Source: Rhodovastum atsumiense
GTDB taxonomy: Bacteria > Pseudomonadota > Alphaproteobacteria > Acetobacterales > Acetobacteraceae
Direction: 5' to 3'
Length of the DNA: 64,000 nt
Assembly (NCBI GenBank): GCA_037190665.1
Contig: JBBCJT010000030.1
Span: 165 to 64,164 of the forward strand
The notes under the pieces were generated by a model that worked only from the letters and a program-made list of their open reading frames with translations, ran no database searches and was not told the origin of the DNA. A program made the position numbers and the translations under genes. Positions 51,526-63,165 of this stretch are shown here, piece after piece. Positions within the stretch are counted from its first letter, which is position 1. Each line of letters starts with the position of its first letter.

Positions 51526-51553
51526 ACTGCATGCCGAAGGGATGGGAACCGCC

Positions 51554-52725
51554 ATGGCGCTGTCCAACCGCCTGCCCGGACTCGATTTCGATCTCGGCGA
51601 GACGGCCGACATGCTGCGTGCGCAGGTGGAGGCGTTCGCGGCGGACGAGATCGCGCCGCGCGCCGCGGAGATCGACCGCGACAACGATTTCCCCGCCGAC
51701 CTGTGGCGCAAGATGGGGGAGCTCGGCGTCCTCGGCATCACCGTCGACGAGGAGTATGGCGGCGCGGGGATGGGCTATCTGGAGCATTGCGTGGCGATGG
51801 AAGAGATCAGCCGCGCATCGGCCTCCGTCGGCCTGTCCTACGGCGCGCACTCCAACCTCTGCGTCAACCAGATCAAGCTCAACGGCAACGATGCGCAGCG
51901 GCGCCGCTACCTGCCGAAGCTGATCAGCGGCGAGCATGTGGGCGCGCTGGCGATGAGCGAGCCGGGCGCGGGGTCGGACGTGGTGGGCATGCGCACGCGG
52001 GCGGACAAGCGCGGCGACCGCTACGTGCTCAACGGCGGCAAGATGTGGATCACCAACGGGCCGAACGCGGACACGCTGGTGGTCTACGCCAAGACCGATC
52101 CGTCCGCCGGCCCGCGCGGCATCACCGCCTTCCTCGTGGAGAAGGGGTTCAAGGGCTTCTCCACCGCGCAGAAGCTCGACAAGCTCGGCATGCGCGGATC
52201 GAACACCTGCGAGCTGGTGTTCGAGGATTGCGAGGTGCCGGAGGAGAACGTGCTCGGCACCGTCGGCGGCGGCGTGCGCGTGCTGATGTCCGGCCTCGAC
52301 TACGAACGCGCCGTGCTGGCCGCGGGGCCGCTCGGCATCATGCAGGCGTGCATGGACGTGGTGATCCCGTACGTGCACGAGCGCGAGCAGTTCGGCCAGA
52401 AGATCGGCGAGTTCCAGCTCATGCAGGGCAAGATCGCCGACATGTACACGGTGATGAACGCGGCGAAGGCATACGTCTATACGGTCGCGAAGGCCTGCGA
52501 CCGCGGGCGCGGGTCGCGCAAGGATGCGGCGGGCGCGATCCTCTACGCGGCGGAGAAGGCGACGTGGATGGCGCTGGAGGCGATCCAGTGCCTCGGCGGC
52601 AACGGCTACATCAACGACTATCCCACCGGCCGGCTGCTGCGCGACGCGAAGCTGTACGAGATCGGCGCCGGCACCTCCGAGATCCGCCGCATGCTGATCG
52701 GCCGCGAGCTGTTCCGGGAAACCGC

Positions 52726-52729
<4 letters not shown>
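51554..52729 (+). CDS. ivd: Isovaleryl-CoA dehydrogenase
   Basis: Acyl-CoA dehydrogenase with IVD-like blocks ([38 protein letters not shown]). Followed by the MCC subunits. ATG 51542 is an in-frame alternative. Confidence 0.88.
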
Positions 52730-54333
<1,604 letters not shown>

Positions 54334-54341
54334 GCGCGCGC

Positions 54342-56318
54342 ATGATCCGCACCCTGCTGATCGCGAACCGCGGCGAGATCGCCTGCCGCATCGCGCGCAC
54401 CGCGCGGCGCATGGGCATCGTCAGCGTCGCCGTCCATTCGGATGCGGACGCGGACGCCCTGCATGTGCGCGCCTGCGACCTCGCCGTGCGCATCGGCCCT
54501 CCGCCGGCGCGCGACTCCTATCTGAACATCGCCGCCATCCTCGATGCCGCGCGGCGCACGGGCGCGGATGCGGTGCATCCCGGTTACGGCTTCCTGTCGG
54601 AGAACGCGGAATTCGCCGAGGCCTGCGCGCAGGCCGGGCTGGTCTTCGTCGGCCCGTCGCCATCCGCGATCCGCGCGATGGGATCGAAGGCGGCGGCGAA
54701 GGCGCTGATGGAACAGGCCGGCGTGCCGCTGCTGCCCGGCTATCATGGCGCGGACCAGGACCCCGCATTGCTGGCGGCGGAAGCCGCGCGCATCGGCTTT
54801 CCCGTCGTCATCAAGGCGGTGGCCGGCGGCGGCGGGCGCGGCATGCGCGTGGTGAATCGCGCGGAGGATTTCGCCGATGCGCTGGCCGGCGCGCGGCAGG
54901 AAGCGGCATCGGCTTTCGGCGACGACCGCGTGCTGGTCGAACGCTACCTGACCCGCCCGCGCCATATCGAGGTGCAGGTCTTCGGCGACAGCCACGGCAA
55001 CGCGGTGCACCTGTTCGAGCGTGACTGTTCCGTGCAGCGCCGCCACCAGAAGGTGCTGGAGGAAGCCCCCGCGCCCGGCCTGTCCGCCGACCGCCGCGCC
55101 GCGATGGGGGCGGCCGCCGTCGCCGCCGCGCGGGCGGTGGATTATGTCGGCGCGGGCACAGTGGAGTTCGTCGCCGACGACAGCGGGTTCTTCTTCCTGG
55201 AGATGAACACGCGGCTGCAGGTGGAGCATCCGGTGACGGAGGTTGTCACCGGGCTCGACCTCGTCGAGTGGCAGTTGCGCGTCGCCGCCGGCGAACCGTT
55301 GCCGCTGGCGCAGGATGCGATCCGCCTCGACGGTCATGCGATCGAGGCGCGGCTCTATGCCGAGGACCCGTCGCGCGACTACGCGCCCGCGACCGGCAGG
55401 CTGCTCGCCTTCCGCATGCCGGCAGCGGTGGTGCGCGTGGATACCGGCTTCGCCGCGGGCGACACGGTCGGCGTGCATTACGACGCGATGCTGGCGAAGC
55501 TGATCGCGCACGGGCGCACGCGCGGCGAGGCGCTGGCGCAGCTCGCGACCGCGCTGGCGGAGGCGGAGGTCGCGGGGCTGACCACCAATCTCGACCTGCT
55601 CGCGCGTGTCGTCGCGCACCCGGAATTCGCGGCTGGTGGCGTGGATACCGGCTTCATCGCGCGCCATGCGGCGACGCTGCTCGCGCCGGCGGAACCGCCG
55701 ACCGACGAGGCGAGCGCGGTGGCCGCGCTCGCGCTGCTGGTCGAACAGCAGCCGCCGGCGAACGCCTCGCCCTGGGATGCGGGGGACGGGTGGTGGCTGA
55801 ACGCGGCGCCCGAACGCGCCATCGTTCTGCTCAGCGAGGCGGGCGAGCACCGCATCACCGCGCGGCACGAGGCGGGCGTGTGGGTGCTCGGCGTCGGCGA
55901 TGCGCGCTTCGCCGCGCGCGTGGCGCGGGCGGAGGATGGTGTGCTCGATCTCGTGCTCGACGGGCTGCGCGAGCGTGCGGGCGTGGTGCATGAGGGCGAG
56001 GCGCTGTCGCTGCGCCTGCGCGGCCGCCGCCACCGCTTCCGCCTGCCGCGCGCGGGTGGCGATGCGGAGGATCAGGCGGCGGCGGGCGGGCGGCTGGTCG
56101 CGCCGATCCCCGGCCGCATCACTGGGACCATGGCGGCCCCCGGCGATGCGGTCGCGCGGGGGGCGGTGCTGGTGACGATGGAGGCGATGAAGACCGTCTA
56201 CCGCCTGACCGCGCCGGCCGATGCGGTGGTGGCGGAGGTGCGCTGCACGGAAGGGGAGCTGGTGGAGGAAGGCGCGGTGCTGGTGACCTTCGCCGATCCG
56301 GAGGCGGATGGCGCTTAG
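54342..56318 (+). CDS. mccA: Methylcrotonyl-CoA carboxylase biotin-carrying (alpha) subunit
   Basis: Starts MIRTLLIANRGEIACR. ATP-grasp biotin carboxylase with a C-terminal biotinyl motif EAMKT. GTG 54330 is an in-frame alternative. Confidence 0.88.
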   Translation: MIRTLLIANRGEIACRIARTARRMGIVSVAVHSDADADALHVRACDLAVRIGPPPARDSYLNIAAILDAARRTGADAVHPGYGFLSENAEFAEACAQAGLVFVGPSPSAIRAMGSKAAAKALMEQAGVPLLPGYHGADQDPALLAAEAARIGFPVVIKAVAGGGGRGMRVVNRAEDFADALAGARQEAASAFGDDRVLVERYLTRPRHIEVQVFGDSHGNAVHLFERDCSVQRRHQKVLEEAPAPGLSADRRAAMGAAAVAAARAVDYVGAGTVEFVADDSGFFFLEMNTRLQVEHPVTEVVTGLDLVEWQLRVAAGEPLPLAQDAIRLDGHAIEARLYAEDPSRDYAPATGRLLAFRMPAAVVRVDTGFAAGDTVGVHYDAMLAKLIAHGRTRGEALAQLATALAEAEVAGLTTNLDLLARVVAHPEFAAGGVDTGFIARHAATLLAPAEPPTDEASAVAALALLVEQQPPANASPWDAGDGWWLNAAPERAIVLLSEAGEHRITARHEAGVWVLGVGDARFAARVARAEDGVLDLVLDGLRERAGVVHEGEALSLRLRGRRHRFRLPRAGGDAEDQAAAGGRLVAPIPGRITGTMAAPGDAVARGAVLVTMEAMKTVYRLTAPADAVVAEVRCTEGELVEEGAVLVTFADPEADGA

Positions 56319-56356
56319 CCTCTTCCGCGGGCGGGAGCTTGCGGAAAGGCAGGGAC

Positions 56357-56510
56357 CGTTACGCAACATCCCCTCTCCCGCTGAGCGGGAGAGGGAGGGG
56401 CCCGCGCTTGCGCGGGAGGGTGAGGGAGGCCGGGCGGAAGCTGAACCCCTCGGGTCGCGCTGGCTGACCCGCCCTCACCCCGGCCCTCTCCCGCGAGCGG
56501 GAGAGGGGGG
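56357..56510. repeat. Composite GC-rich palindromic repeat (copy D)
   Basis: CGTTACGCAACATCCCCTCTCCCGC-TGA-GCGGGAGAGGGAGGGGCCCGCGCTTGCGCGGGAGGGTGAGGGAGGCCGG, then a spacer, then CGCCCTCACCCCGGCCCTCTCCCGC-GA-GCGGGAGAGGGG. Starts about 39 nt after the mccA stop. Confidence 0.8.
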
Positions 56511-56692
56511 TGTTGGAGTGCTTCCCGGCGACTGAACTTGATCCGCCGGCTTGGGTGCGGGTATAGGAATATCATCAACAGCGAGCCGCGTGCGTCACCG
56601 GAATGAAGCCGCTTCGCCCGCGGTGCATCCGGTCCTGCCGAGGGGCCCTTAAAAGGCTAAAACCCTAAAGCCCTAAAGCTCCCCGCCCGCCC

Positions 56693-57823
56693 CTACAGCA
56701 TCCGCTGCAGGATGACCTTCTGGATGTCGGACGTGCCCTCGTAGATCTGGCACACGCGCACGTCGCGATAGATCCGCTCCACCGGATAATCGGCGAGGAA
56801 CCCGTACCCGCCCAGCGTCTGGATCGCCGCCGTGCACACCGCCTCCGCCGTCTCGGATGCGAACAGCTTCGCCATGCACGCCGCCTCCAGCGCCGGCTGG
56901 CCATCCGTCTTCAGCCGCGCCGCGTGCAGCACGAGCTGGCGTGCCGCCTCCAGCCGCGTCTTCGCCTCCGCCAGCCGGAAGCCCACCGCCTGATGGCGGA
57001 TGATCGGCGTGCCGAAGGCGCTGCGGTCCTTCGCGTAGCCGATCGCATAGTCGAGCGCCGCGCGCGCCATGCCGACACTCTGCGCGGCGATGCCGATGCG
57101 TCCGCTCTCCAGTGTGGACAGCGCGATGCGGTAGCCTTCGCCCTTCGCGCCGATGCGGCAATCGTCGCCGATGCGCATGTCCTCGAAGGCGAGCTGCGCG
57201 GTGTCGGACGCCTTCTGGCCGAGCTTCTCCTCCAGCCGCGCGATGCGGAAGCCGGACGTATCGGTCGGCACGGCGAAGCAGGTGATGCCCTTCTTGCCGG
57301 CCTCGGGATCGGTCACGGCGAAGATCACGGCGGTCTTCGCGATGGCGGCGTTGCTGATGAACTGCTTCGCGCCGTTGATCACCCAATGATCGCCATCGCG
57401 CACCGCGCGCGTGCGCAGCGCGGAGGCGTCGGAGCCCGCGCCCGGTTCGGTCAGCGCGAAGCAGCCGACCGCCTCGCCCGATGCGAGCGGGCGCAGGAAG
57501 CGCTGCTTCTGCGCATCGGTGCCGAAGATCTCCAGCACCGCGCAGGTCGGCGAGTTGTGGACCGAGACCATGGTGGAGACCGAACCGTCGCCGGCGGCGA
57601 TCTCCTCCACCACCAGCGCGTAGGTCACGTAGTCGAGCCCCGCGCCGCCCCAGTCGGGCGAGACGGTCGCGCCGAGGAAGCCGAGCGCGCCGATCTCCGC
57701 GATGATCTCCGCTTCGATGCAGCCCGCCTTCTCGCGCGCGGCGGCGCCGGGCCACAGCTTCTCCTGCGCGAAGGCGCGCGCGGTTTCGATGACCAGCGCG
57801 TCGGGTTCGGTGCGGTCCAGCAT
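56693..57823 (-). CDS. Acyl-CoA dehydrogenase (short/branched-chain type)
   Basis: 376 aa. FALTEPGAGSDA and IYEGTSDIQ motifs. RBS GGGGAGA upstream. Confidence 0.88.
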   Translation of the reverse strand: MLDRTEPDALVIETARAFAQEKLWPGAAAREKAGCIEAEIIAEIGALGFLGATVSPDWGGAGLDYVTYALVVEEIAAGDGSVSTMVSVHNSPTCAVLEIFGTDAQKQRFLRPLASGEAVGCFALTEPGAGSDASALRTRAVRDGDHWVINGAKQFISNAAIAKTAVIFAVTDPEAGKKGITCFAVPTDTSGFRIARLEEKLGQKASDTAQLAFEDMRIGDDCRIGAKGEGYRIALSTLESGRIGIAAQSVGMARAALDYAIGYAKDRSAFGTPIIRHQAVGFRLAEAKTRLEAARQLVLHAARLKTDGQPALEAACMAKLFASETAEAVCTAAIQTLGGYGFLADYPVERIYRDVRVCQIYEGTSDIQKVILQRML

Positions 57824-57844
57824 CTGCCTGTCTCCCCTCGGCGC

Positions 57845-58996
57845 TTATAGCATCTCCACCGCGACGGCGGTCGCCTCGCCGCCGCCGATGCACACCGCCG
57901 CCACGCCGCGCTTCAGCCCGCGCTCCTTCAGCGCATAGAGCAGCGTGACGACGATGCGCGCGCCGGATGCGCCGATGGGGTGGCCGATGGCGCAGGCGCC
58001 GCCGCGCACGTTCACCTTCTCCATCGGCAGGCCGAGCTCGCGCGCGACCGCGAGGACGACCACGGCGAAGGCCTCGTTGATCTCGAACAGGTCGACGCTG
58101 TCCTGGGTCCAGCCGGCTTTCGCCAGCACCAGCCGGATCGCCTCGGCCGGCGCGGTGGTGAACCAGCGCGGCTCGCGCGCATGGACCGCGTGGGCGACGA
58201 TGCGGGCGAGCGGCGGGGCGACGGCTTCCTTCTCGTGCCCGATCAGCAGTGCCGCCGCGCCATCGGAGATCGAGGAGGAGTTGGCCGCCGTCACCGTGCC
58301 GTCCTTGCGGAAGGCCGGCCGCAGCGTCGGGATCTTGGAGGGATCGGCGCGGCGCGGCTGCTCGTCGCTCGCCACGTCCACCGGCCCCGTGCGGCCCGGC
58401 ACGGCGAGCGTGGCGATCTCGTCGGCCGGCGCGGCGCGGGCGCGTTCCAGCGAGCGCACGGCGTAGGCATCCTGATCGGCGCGGCTGATCTGGAGCTGTT
58501 CGGCCGTGTCCTCGGCATAGGTGCCCATGGCGCGGCCGGGCTCGTAGGCATCCTCCAGCCCGTCGAGCGCCATGTGGTCGTAGACCGTGCCGTTGCCGTA
58601 CTTCAGCCCGGCGCGCATCTTCGGCAGCAGGAAGGGCGCGTTGGACATGCTCTCCATCCCGCCGGCCACCAGCACGCCCGTGCCGCCGGCGGCGAGGCGG
58701 TCATGCGCCTGGATGACCGCCTCCATCCCGGACCCGCACATCTTGTTCAGCGTGGTGCAGGGCACGGAGACGGGCAGGCCGGCATGGAGCGCCGCCTGTC
58801 GCGCGGGCGCCTGGCCGACGCCTGCGGAGAGCACGTTGCCCATCGTCACGCCCGTGACCGCATCGGCCGCGACATTGCCGCGCGACAGCGCCGCGGCGAT
58901 CGCGGCCGCACCCAGCTTCGGCGCGGGCAGGGGCGAGAGTTCGCCCAGCAGCGAACCGATCGGCGTGCGGGCGGCGGCGAGGACGACGATGGACAT
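57845..58996 (-). CDS. Acetyl-CoA C-acyltransferase (thiolase)
   Basis: 383 aa from ATG 58996, with AGGAAG upstream. Active-site regions NKMCGSG, GHPIGASG and CIGGGEA. Confidence 0.9.
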   Translation of the reverse strand: MSIVVLAAARTPIGSLLGELSPLPAPKLGAAAIAAALSRGNVAADAVTGVTMGNVLSAGVGQAPARQAALHAGLPVSVPCTTLNKMCGSGMEAVIQAHDRLAAGGTGVLVAGGMESMSNAPFLLPKMRAGLKYGNGTVYDHMALDGLEDAYEPGRAMGTYAEDTAEQLQISRADQDAYAVRSLERARAAPADEIATLAVPGRTGPVDVASDEQPRRADPSKIPTLRPAFRKDGTVTAANSSSISDGAAALLIGHEKEAVAPPLARIVAHAVHAREPRWFTTAPAEAIRLVLAKAGWTQDSVDLFEINEAFAVVVLAVARELGLPMEKVNVRGGACAIGHPIGASGARIVVTLLYALKERGLKRGVAAVCIGGGEATAVAVEML

Positions 58997-59103
58997 TTCT
59001 TGTCTTCCTGCGAGGGGCTCGTCGTGAAGCCGGCCCCCTAAAGGGATTGGGGTCAAGGGGCCTCCCGGCCCCTTGCGGGGAGTGCGGGGCAGCGCCCCGC
59101 TGC

Positions 59104-62100
59104 TTACGCCGCCTGCGCCACCGGTACGTCGAGCGCCGCGCGCTTCTCCTGTGCCGCCGCGTAGCTCGCATGCTTCACCGGGCCGAAGCCGCGGATACCG
59201 GCGACGATCTCCATCAGCGCCACCGCGCGCGGCAGCGTGGCCGGCGTCAGCGTGTCCAGCATGCGGTCGATATCGGCGAAGGTCTCCTCCACCAGCCGTC
59301 GCTCCAGCACCCGGTCCGACTGCCGGCCGAAGGGATCGAACGCGGTGCCGCGCAGGCGCTTGCCGTGGCGCAGCAGGCGGAACAGCGGCAAGGCGAGCCA
59401 GCCCGGCACGCCGATCTTGCGACGACGGCCGGTGGCGGGATCGGTGCGCGTGATCAGCGGCGGAGCCATGTGGAAGACCGGCTTCGCCGCCGGATCGTGG
59501 CCGGCTGCGGCGTGCAGGCGCGCGACCTCGTACTCGTCCTTGTAGGCCATCACGCGGAACAGCGCCTCGGCGGCGGCACGGGTCAGCGTGCCGGCGGTGC
59601 CCGCGACCTCCGCCTCGCGCGCGGCGACGCGGTCGATGGCGGCGCGGTAGCGGTCGGCATAGGCGCGGTCCTGATAGGCGGCGAGTTCACCCGTGCGCGC
59701 CGCGATCAGGGTCTTCAGGTCGCGGGCGGGCGGCGTGGCGCCGTGCAGCACCTCCGCCTCGGCCTCCGGATGCTCCGCGAGGATGCGGCCCCAGAGGAAG
59801 GCGCGCCGGTTCGTCTCCACCGCGGCACCGTTCAGCTCCATCGCCTGATCCAGCGACTGCAGGCTGACGGGCACGAGGCCGCGCTGCCAGGCGAGGCCGA
59901 GCATCAGCGTGTTGAGATACTGCGCGCTGCCGAACAGCCGCTCCGACAGCGTCGCGGCGCGCAGATACGCCCCGTTGCCGACGCGGCGGGAGAGGGCGCG
60001 GCGATGCAGCCCGGCATCCACGCGCAGGTCGGGATTGGTGACGAAGCCCGCGCCCGCGACGAGGTCGAGATTGCCCACCGCCACGCCATCGGCCCGGCAG
60101 CGGCGCAGCACGTCCGGCCCGGCGGCCACGGCGAGGTCGGCGGCCAGCAGCAGGTCGGCCTCGTGCTCGCCGATGCGCGCGACATCCAGCGCGGCGCGGT
60201 CCGGCGCGATCTGCACGTGGGAGACGACGGCGCCGTTCTTCTGCGCGAGGCCGGTGAAGTCGAGCGTGCGCACCGCGCGCTCGTCCAGATGCGCGGCGAG
60301 CGCGACCATCGCGCCGGTGGTGACGATGCCGCCGCCGCCGATGCCGGCGAACAGCCCGCGCCAGGGGGCGCGCGGCGCGGCGATCTCCGGCATCGGCAGG
60401 CCGGCGCCAAGTTCGGCCTCGCGGGCGTGCCACGTATCGGACGGCGCCTGCGCGCGGGACGCGACGGTCACGAAGCTCGGGCAGAAACCCTTCAGGCAGG
60501 AGAGGTCGGTGTTGCAGGCGGTGGGCGAGATGCGGCGCTTGCGGCCGTGATCGGTCTCCACCGGCTCGATGGCGATGCAGTGCGACTGCGCGGAACAGTC
60601 GCCGCAGTTCTCGCACACGCTTTCGGTGATGGTCACCGCGCGCTCCGGCACGACCATCCTGCCGCGCTTGCGGCGGCGGCGCTTCTCCGTGGCGCAGACC
60701 TGGTCGTAGATCAGCACCGAAACGCCGGGATGCGCGGCGAGGTCGCGCTGCACGTCCTCCAGCGCCTCGCGCGTGTGCAGTGTGGTGCCGGGCGGCAGCG
60801 CGGCGGGGGCGGGCAGGCGCGCGGCCTCGTCGGCCACCACGGCGATGCGGGAGACGCCCTCGGCGGCGACCTGTGCGGCGATCATCGGCACGGTAAGGTG
60901 ACCCTCGGCCGGCTGGCCGCCGGTCATCGCCACCGCGTCGTTGAACAGGATCTTGTAGGTGATCGGCGCTTCGGCCGCGACGGCCTGCCGGATCGCGAGC
61001 AGGCCCGAGTGCTGGTAGGTGCCGTCGCCCATGTTGGCGGACAGGTGCGGCAGGTCGATGAAGCTGTGCAGCCCGACCCAGGACACGCCCTCGCCGCCCA
61101 TCTGGCTGAAGGTGCGCGTGCCTTCGTTGTCCAGCGCCATGATGTGGCAGCCGATGCCGGCCGAGGCATGCGCCCCGCCGGGCAACCGGGTGGAGGTGCC
61201 GTGCGGGCAGCCGGCGCAGAAGTACGGCGCGCGGGCGAGCGTGCCTTCCTGCCGCATCGGCATGTCCGGCGGCGGCGCATCCACCGCGACGCCGAGCGGT
61301 TCGAGGAAGCGCGCCAGCGCGCGCGCGACGATGCCGGGCGACAGTTCCAGCACGGCCGGCAGCAGCGGCGCGTCGTCCGGCCCGGTCTTGCCGGCGAGCA
61401 TGGGCCGGCGGTCGGCCGGCATGTTGTAGAGCGCGGCGCGGGCCTGCTGCTCCACGAAGGATCGCTTCTCCTCGATCACCAGCAACGCGCGCTTGCCGTC
61501 CGCGAAGCGGCGAAGCCCGTCCGCCTCCAGCGGCCAGGACAGCGCGACCTTGCGGATGGCGATGCGCGGGTCGCGGTCGAGCCCCAGCCGCTTCAGCGCG
61601 TGCAGCGTGTCGCCATGCGCCTTGCCCACGGTGACGAGGCCGATCGAGGCGTCGGCGGGGCCGATGTCGCGGTCGAGGTTGTTGGCGCGCACGAATTCGG
61701 CGACCGCGGGCAGCCGCTCCATCACCAGCCGCCGTTCCAGCTCCACCCGTTCCGCCGGCCAGCTCAGGTGCGGGTCGAGATTGAGGCCGTGCGGCGGCAT
61801 GGCGTGGCCGACGGGGGTGCGCACGCGCGGGTAGGACGGCACGATCACCGTGCCGCCGCTCTCGACCACCTCGGTCGCGCCCTTCAGCGCCACCCACAGG
61901 CCGCAGAAGCGCGACATCGAGATGCCGGCGAGGCCGTAATCGAGGATCTCCTGCACCGACCCGGGCACCAGGATCGGGATCATCGCCGCTTCGAAGACGT
62001 GCTCGGTCTGGTGGGGAAACACCGATGACTGCGCGGCATGATCGTCGCCCGCCACCGCGAGCACGCCGCCGAGGGCCGAGGTGCCGAGCGTGTTGGCGCA

Positions 62101-62493
62101 GCGCAGCGCATCGCCCGAGCGGTCCACGCCCGGGCCCTTGCCGTACCACATGCCGAACACGCCCTCGACGCGCTTGCCGGGGAAGCAGTCGACCTGCTGG
62201 GTGCCCCAGACCATCGTCGCGGCGAGGTCCTCGTTGAGGCCCGGCTCGAAGCGGATGGCGTGCGCGGCGAGCAGCTTCTTCTGCCGCCACAGCTCCTGAT
62301 CCACCCCGCCGAGCGGGGAGCCGCGATAGCCCGACACGAAGCCGGAGGTGCGATGGCCGTTGGCGCGGTCGAGCCGCGACTGCTCCAGCAGCACGCGCAC
62401 CAGCGCCTGCGTCCCGTTCAGCAACACCGGCGCGTCCAGCTCCAGATAGCGGTCGGCGAGCGAGACGGGCGAACGCCCGACACCGATGTCCAT
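59104..62493 (-). CDS. Indolepyruvate ferredoxin oxidoreductase family protein (fused alpha/beta)
   Basis: 1129 aa with a strong RBS GGAGGAGA. TPP-enzyme N-terminal region and the Cys cluster CENCGDCSAQSHC. Confidence 0.88.
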   Translation of the reverse strand: MDIGVGRSPVSLADRYLELDAPVLLNGTQALVRVLLEQSRLDRANGHRTSGFVSGYRGSPLGGVDQELWRQKKLLAAHAIRFEPGLNEDLAATMVWGTQQVDCFPGKRVEGVFGMWYGKGPGVDRSGDALRCANTLGTSALGGVLAVAGDDHAAQSSVFPHQTEHVFEAAMIPILVPGSVQEILDYGLAGISMSRFCGLWVALKGATEVVESGGTVIVPSYPRVRTPVGHAMPPHGLNLDPHLSWPAERVELERRLVMERLPAVAEFVRANNLDRDIGPADASIGLVTVGKAHGDTLHALKRLGLDRDPRIAIRKVALSWPLEADGLRRFADGKRALLVIEEKRSFVEQQARAALYNMPADRRPMLAGKTGPDDAPLLPAVLELSPGIVARALARFLEPLGVAVDAPPPDMPMRQEGTLARAPYFCAGCPHGTSTRLPGGAHASAGIGCHIMALDNEGTRTFSQMGGEGVSWVGLHSFIDLPHLSANMGDGTYQHSGLLAIRQAVAAEAPITYKILFNDAVAMTGGQPAEGHLTVPMIAAQVAAEGVSRIAVVADEAARLPAPAALPPGTTLHTREALEDVQRDLAAHPGVSVLIYDQVCATEKRRRRKRGRMVVPERAVTITESVCENCGDCSAQSHCIAIEPVETDHGRKRRISPTACNTDLSCLKGFCPSFVTVASRAQAPSDTWHAREAELGAGLPMPEIAAPRAPWRGLFAGIGGGGIVTTGAMVALAAHLDERAVRTLDFTGLAQKNGAVVSHVQIAPDRAALDVARIGEHEADLLLAADLAVAAGPDVLRRCRADGVAVGNLDLVAGAGFVTNPDLRVDAGLHRRALSRRVGNGAYLRAATLSERLFGSAQYLNTLMLGLAWQRGLVPVSLQSLDQAMELNGAAVETNRRAFLWGRILAEHPEAEAEVLHGATPPARDLKTLIAARTGELAAYQDRAYADRYRAAIDRVAAREAEVAGTAGTLTRAAAEALFRVMAYKDEYEVARLHAAAGHDPAAKPVFHMAPPLITRTDPATGRRRKIGVPGWLALPLFRLLRHGKRLRGTAFDPFGRQSDRVLERRLVEETFADIDRMLDTLTPATLPRAVALMEIVAGIRGFGPVKHASYAAAQEKRAALDVPVAQAA

Positions 62494-62561
62494 CGGCCTC
62501 TCCTCCCCTGGCGTATTCCAAACCCTGACTGATTCTACGCACGAACGGGCTGGCGGTTGTT

Positions 62562-62573
62562 GCCAAACTTGGC
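62562..62573. promoter_or_regulatory. Palindrome GCCAA-AC-TTGGC, with a third TTGGCAA half-site at 62591-62597, in the ior/lrp divergent region (candidate Lrp operator)
   Basis: Perfect 5-bp arms. TTGCCAA (62560-62566) is also the reverse complement of TTGGCAA (62591-62597). The region is relatively AT-rich. Confidence 0.3.
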
Positions 62574-62636
62574 GACATTCACAGTCCAGATTGGCAAGAT
62601 CTGCTAATTGTGCAGTGCAAAATGGGAGGATCGGCG

Positions 62637-63110
62637 ATGGAATTCGACCGGATCGACCTCGCGATCCTGGATCACCTGCAGCAGGACGGCCGCGCGACCA
62701 CGCTGGAGCTGTCGGAGAAGGTGGGGCTGTCGCCCTCCCCCTGCCACCGCCGTCAGCGCATCCTGGAACAGCAGGGCGTGATCCGCGGCTACGTGGCGCT
62801 GCTGGACCAGGAGCGCGTCGGCCTGCCGGTCAGCGTGTTCGTCTTCGTCGAGCTGGCGAGCCAGACCGAGGAGATGTTCAACGCCTTCGAGCGCGCGGTC
62901 GCCGACGTGCCGGAGATCATGGAGTGCTACGTGATGAGCGGCACCAACGACTACCTGCTGCGCGTCGTCGCGAGCGACCTCGCCTCCTACGAGGCGTTCC
63001 TGCGCGCGACGCTGATGCGCTTCCCCGGCGTGCGCAACATCCGTTCGACCTTCGCGCTGCGGCGCGTGGTCTACCGCACCCATCTGCCGCTGCGCGCCGG
63101 GGCGGCTTGA
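62637..63110 (+). CDS. Lrp/AsnC-family transcriptional regulator
   Basis: 157 aa from ATG 62637, with GGGAGGA 7 nt upstream. HTH DRIDLAILDHLQQDGRATTLELSEKVGLSPSPCHRRQRILE and an AsnC-type effector domain. Confidence 0.9.
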   Translation: MEFDRIDLAILDHLQQDGRATTLELSEKVGLSPSPCHRRQRILEQQGVIRGYVALLDQERVGLPVSVFVFVELASQTEEMFNAFERAVADVPEIMECYVMSGTNDYLLRVVASDLASYEAFLRATLMRFPGVRNIRSTFALRRVVYRTHLPLRAGAA

Positions 63111-63165
63111 CTTCGCCGCGCCTCGCCGCCGTTCTGTCGGCATACGCGAAGGGGGAGGGACCCGC

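Noticed and set aside
56520-56692. Possible tRNA, sRNA or riboswitch in the 170-bp gap between repeat copy D and the acyl-CoA dehydrogenase gene.
   Set aside because: I found no cloverleaf-compatible arms, no GTTCGAATC-like T-loop, and no riboswitch core that I recognise. Only the short 8-mer tandem array is notable, and it is reported separately.
59047-62028. A 993-aa plus-strand ORF opposite the indolepyruvate ferredoxin oxidoreductase gene. Similar long antisense ORFs include 8057-10525, 14930-16948, 19736-21412, 39007-40974, 41650-43482, 45426-46898, 46654-48396, 48618-50405, 52618-54195, 54201-56369 and 59687-62578.
   Set aside because: The explanation is the same in-register or GC3-driven shadow-ORF effect. 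The compositions are dominated by Arg, Ala, Gly, Pro, Asp and His, with no recognisable motifs. Each overlaps a confidently identified gene on the other strand.
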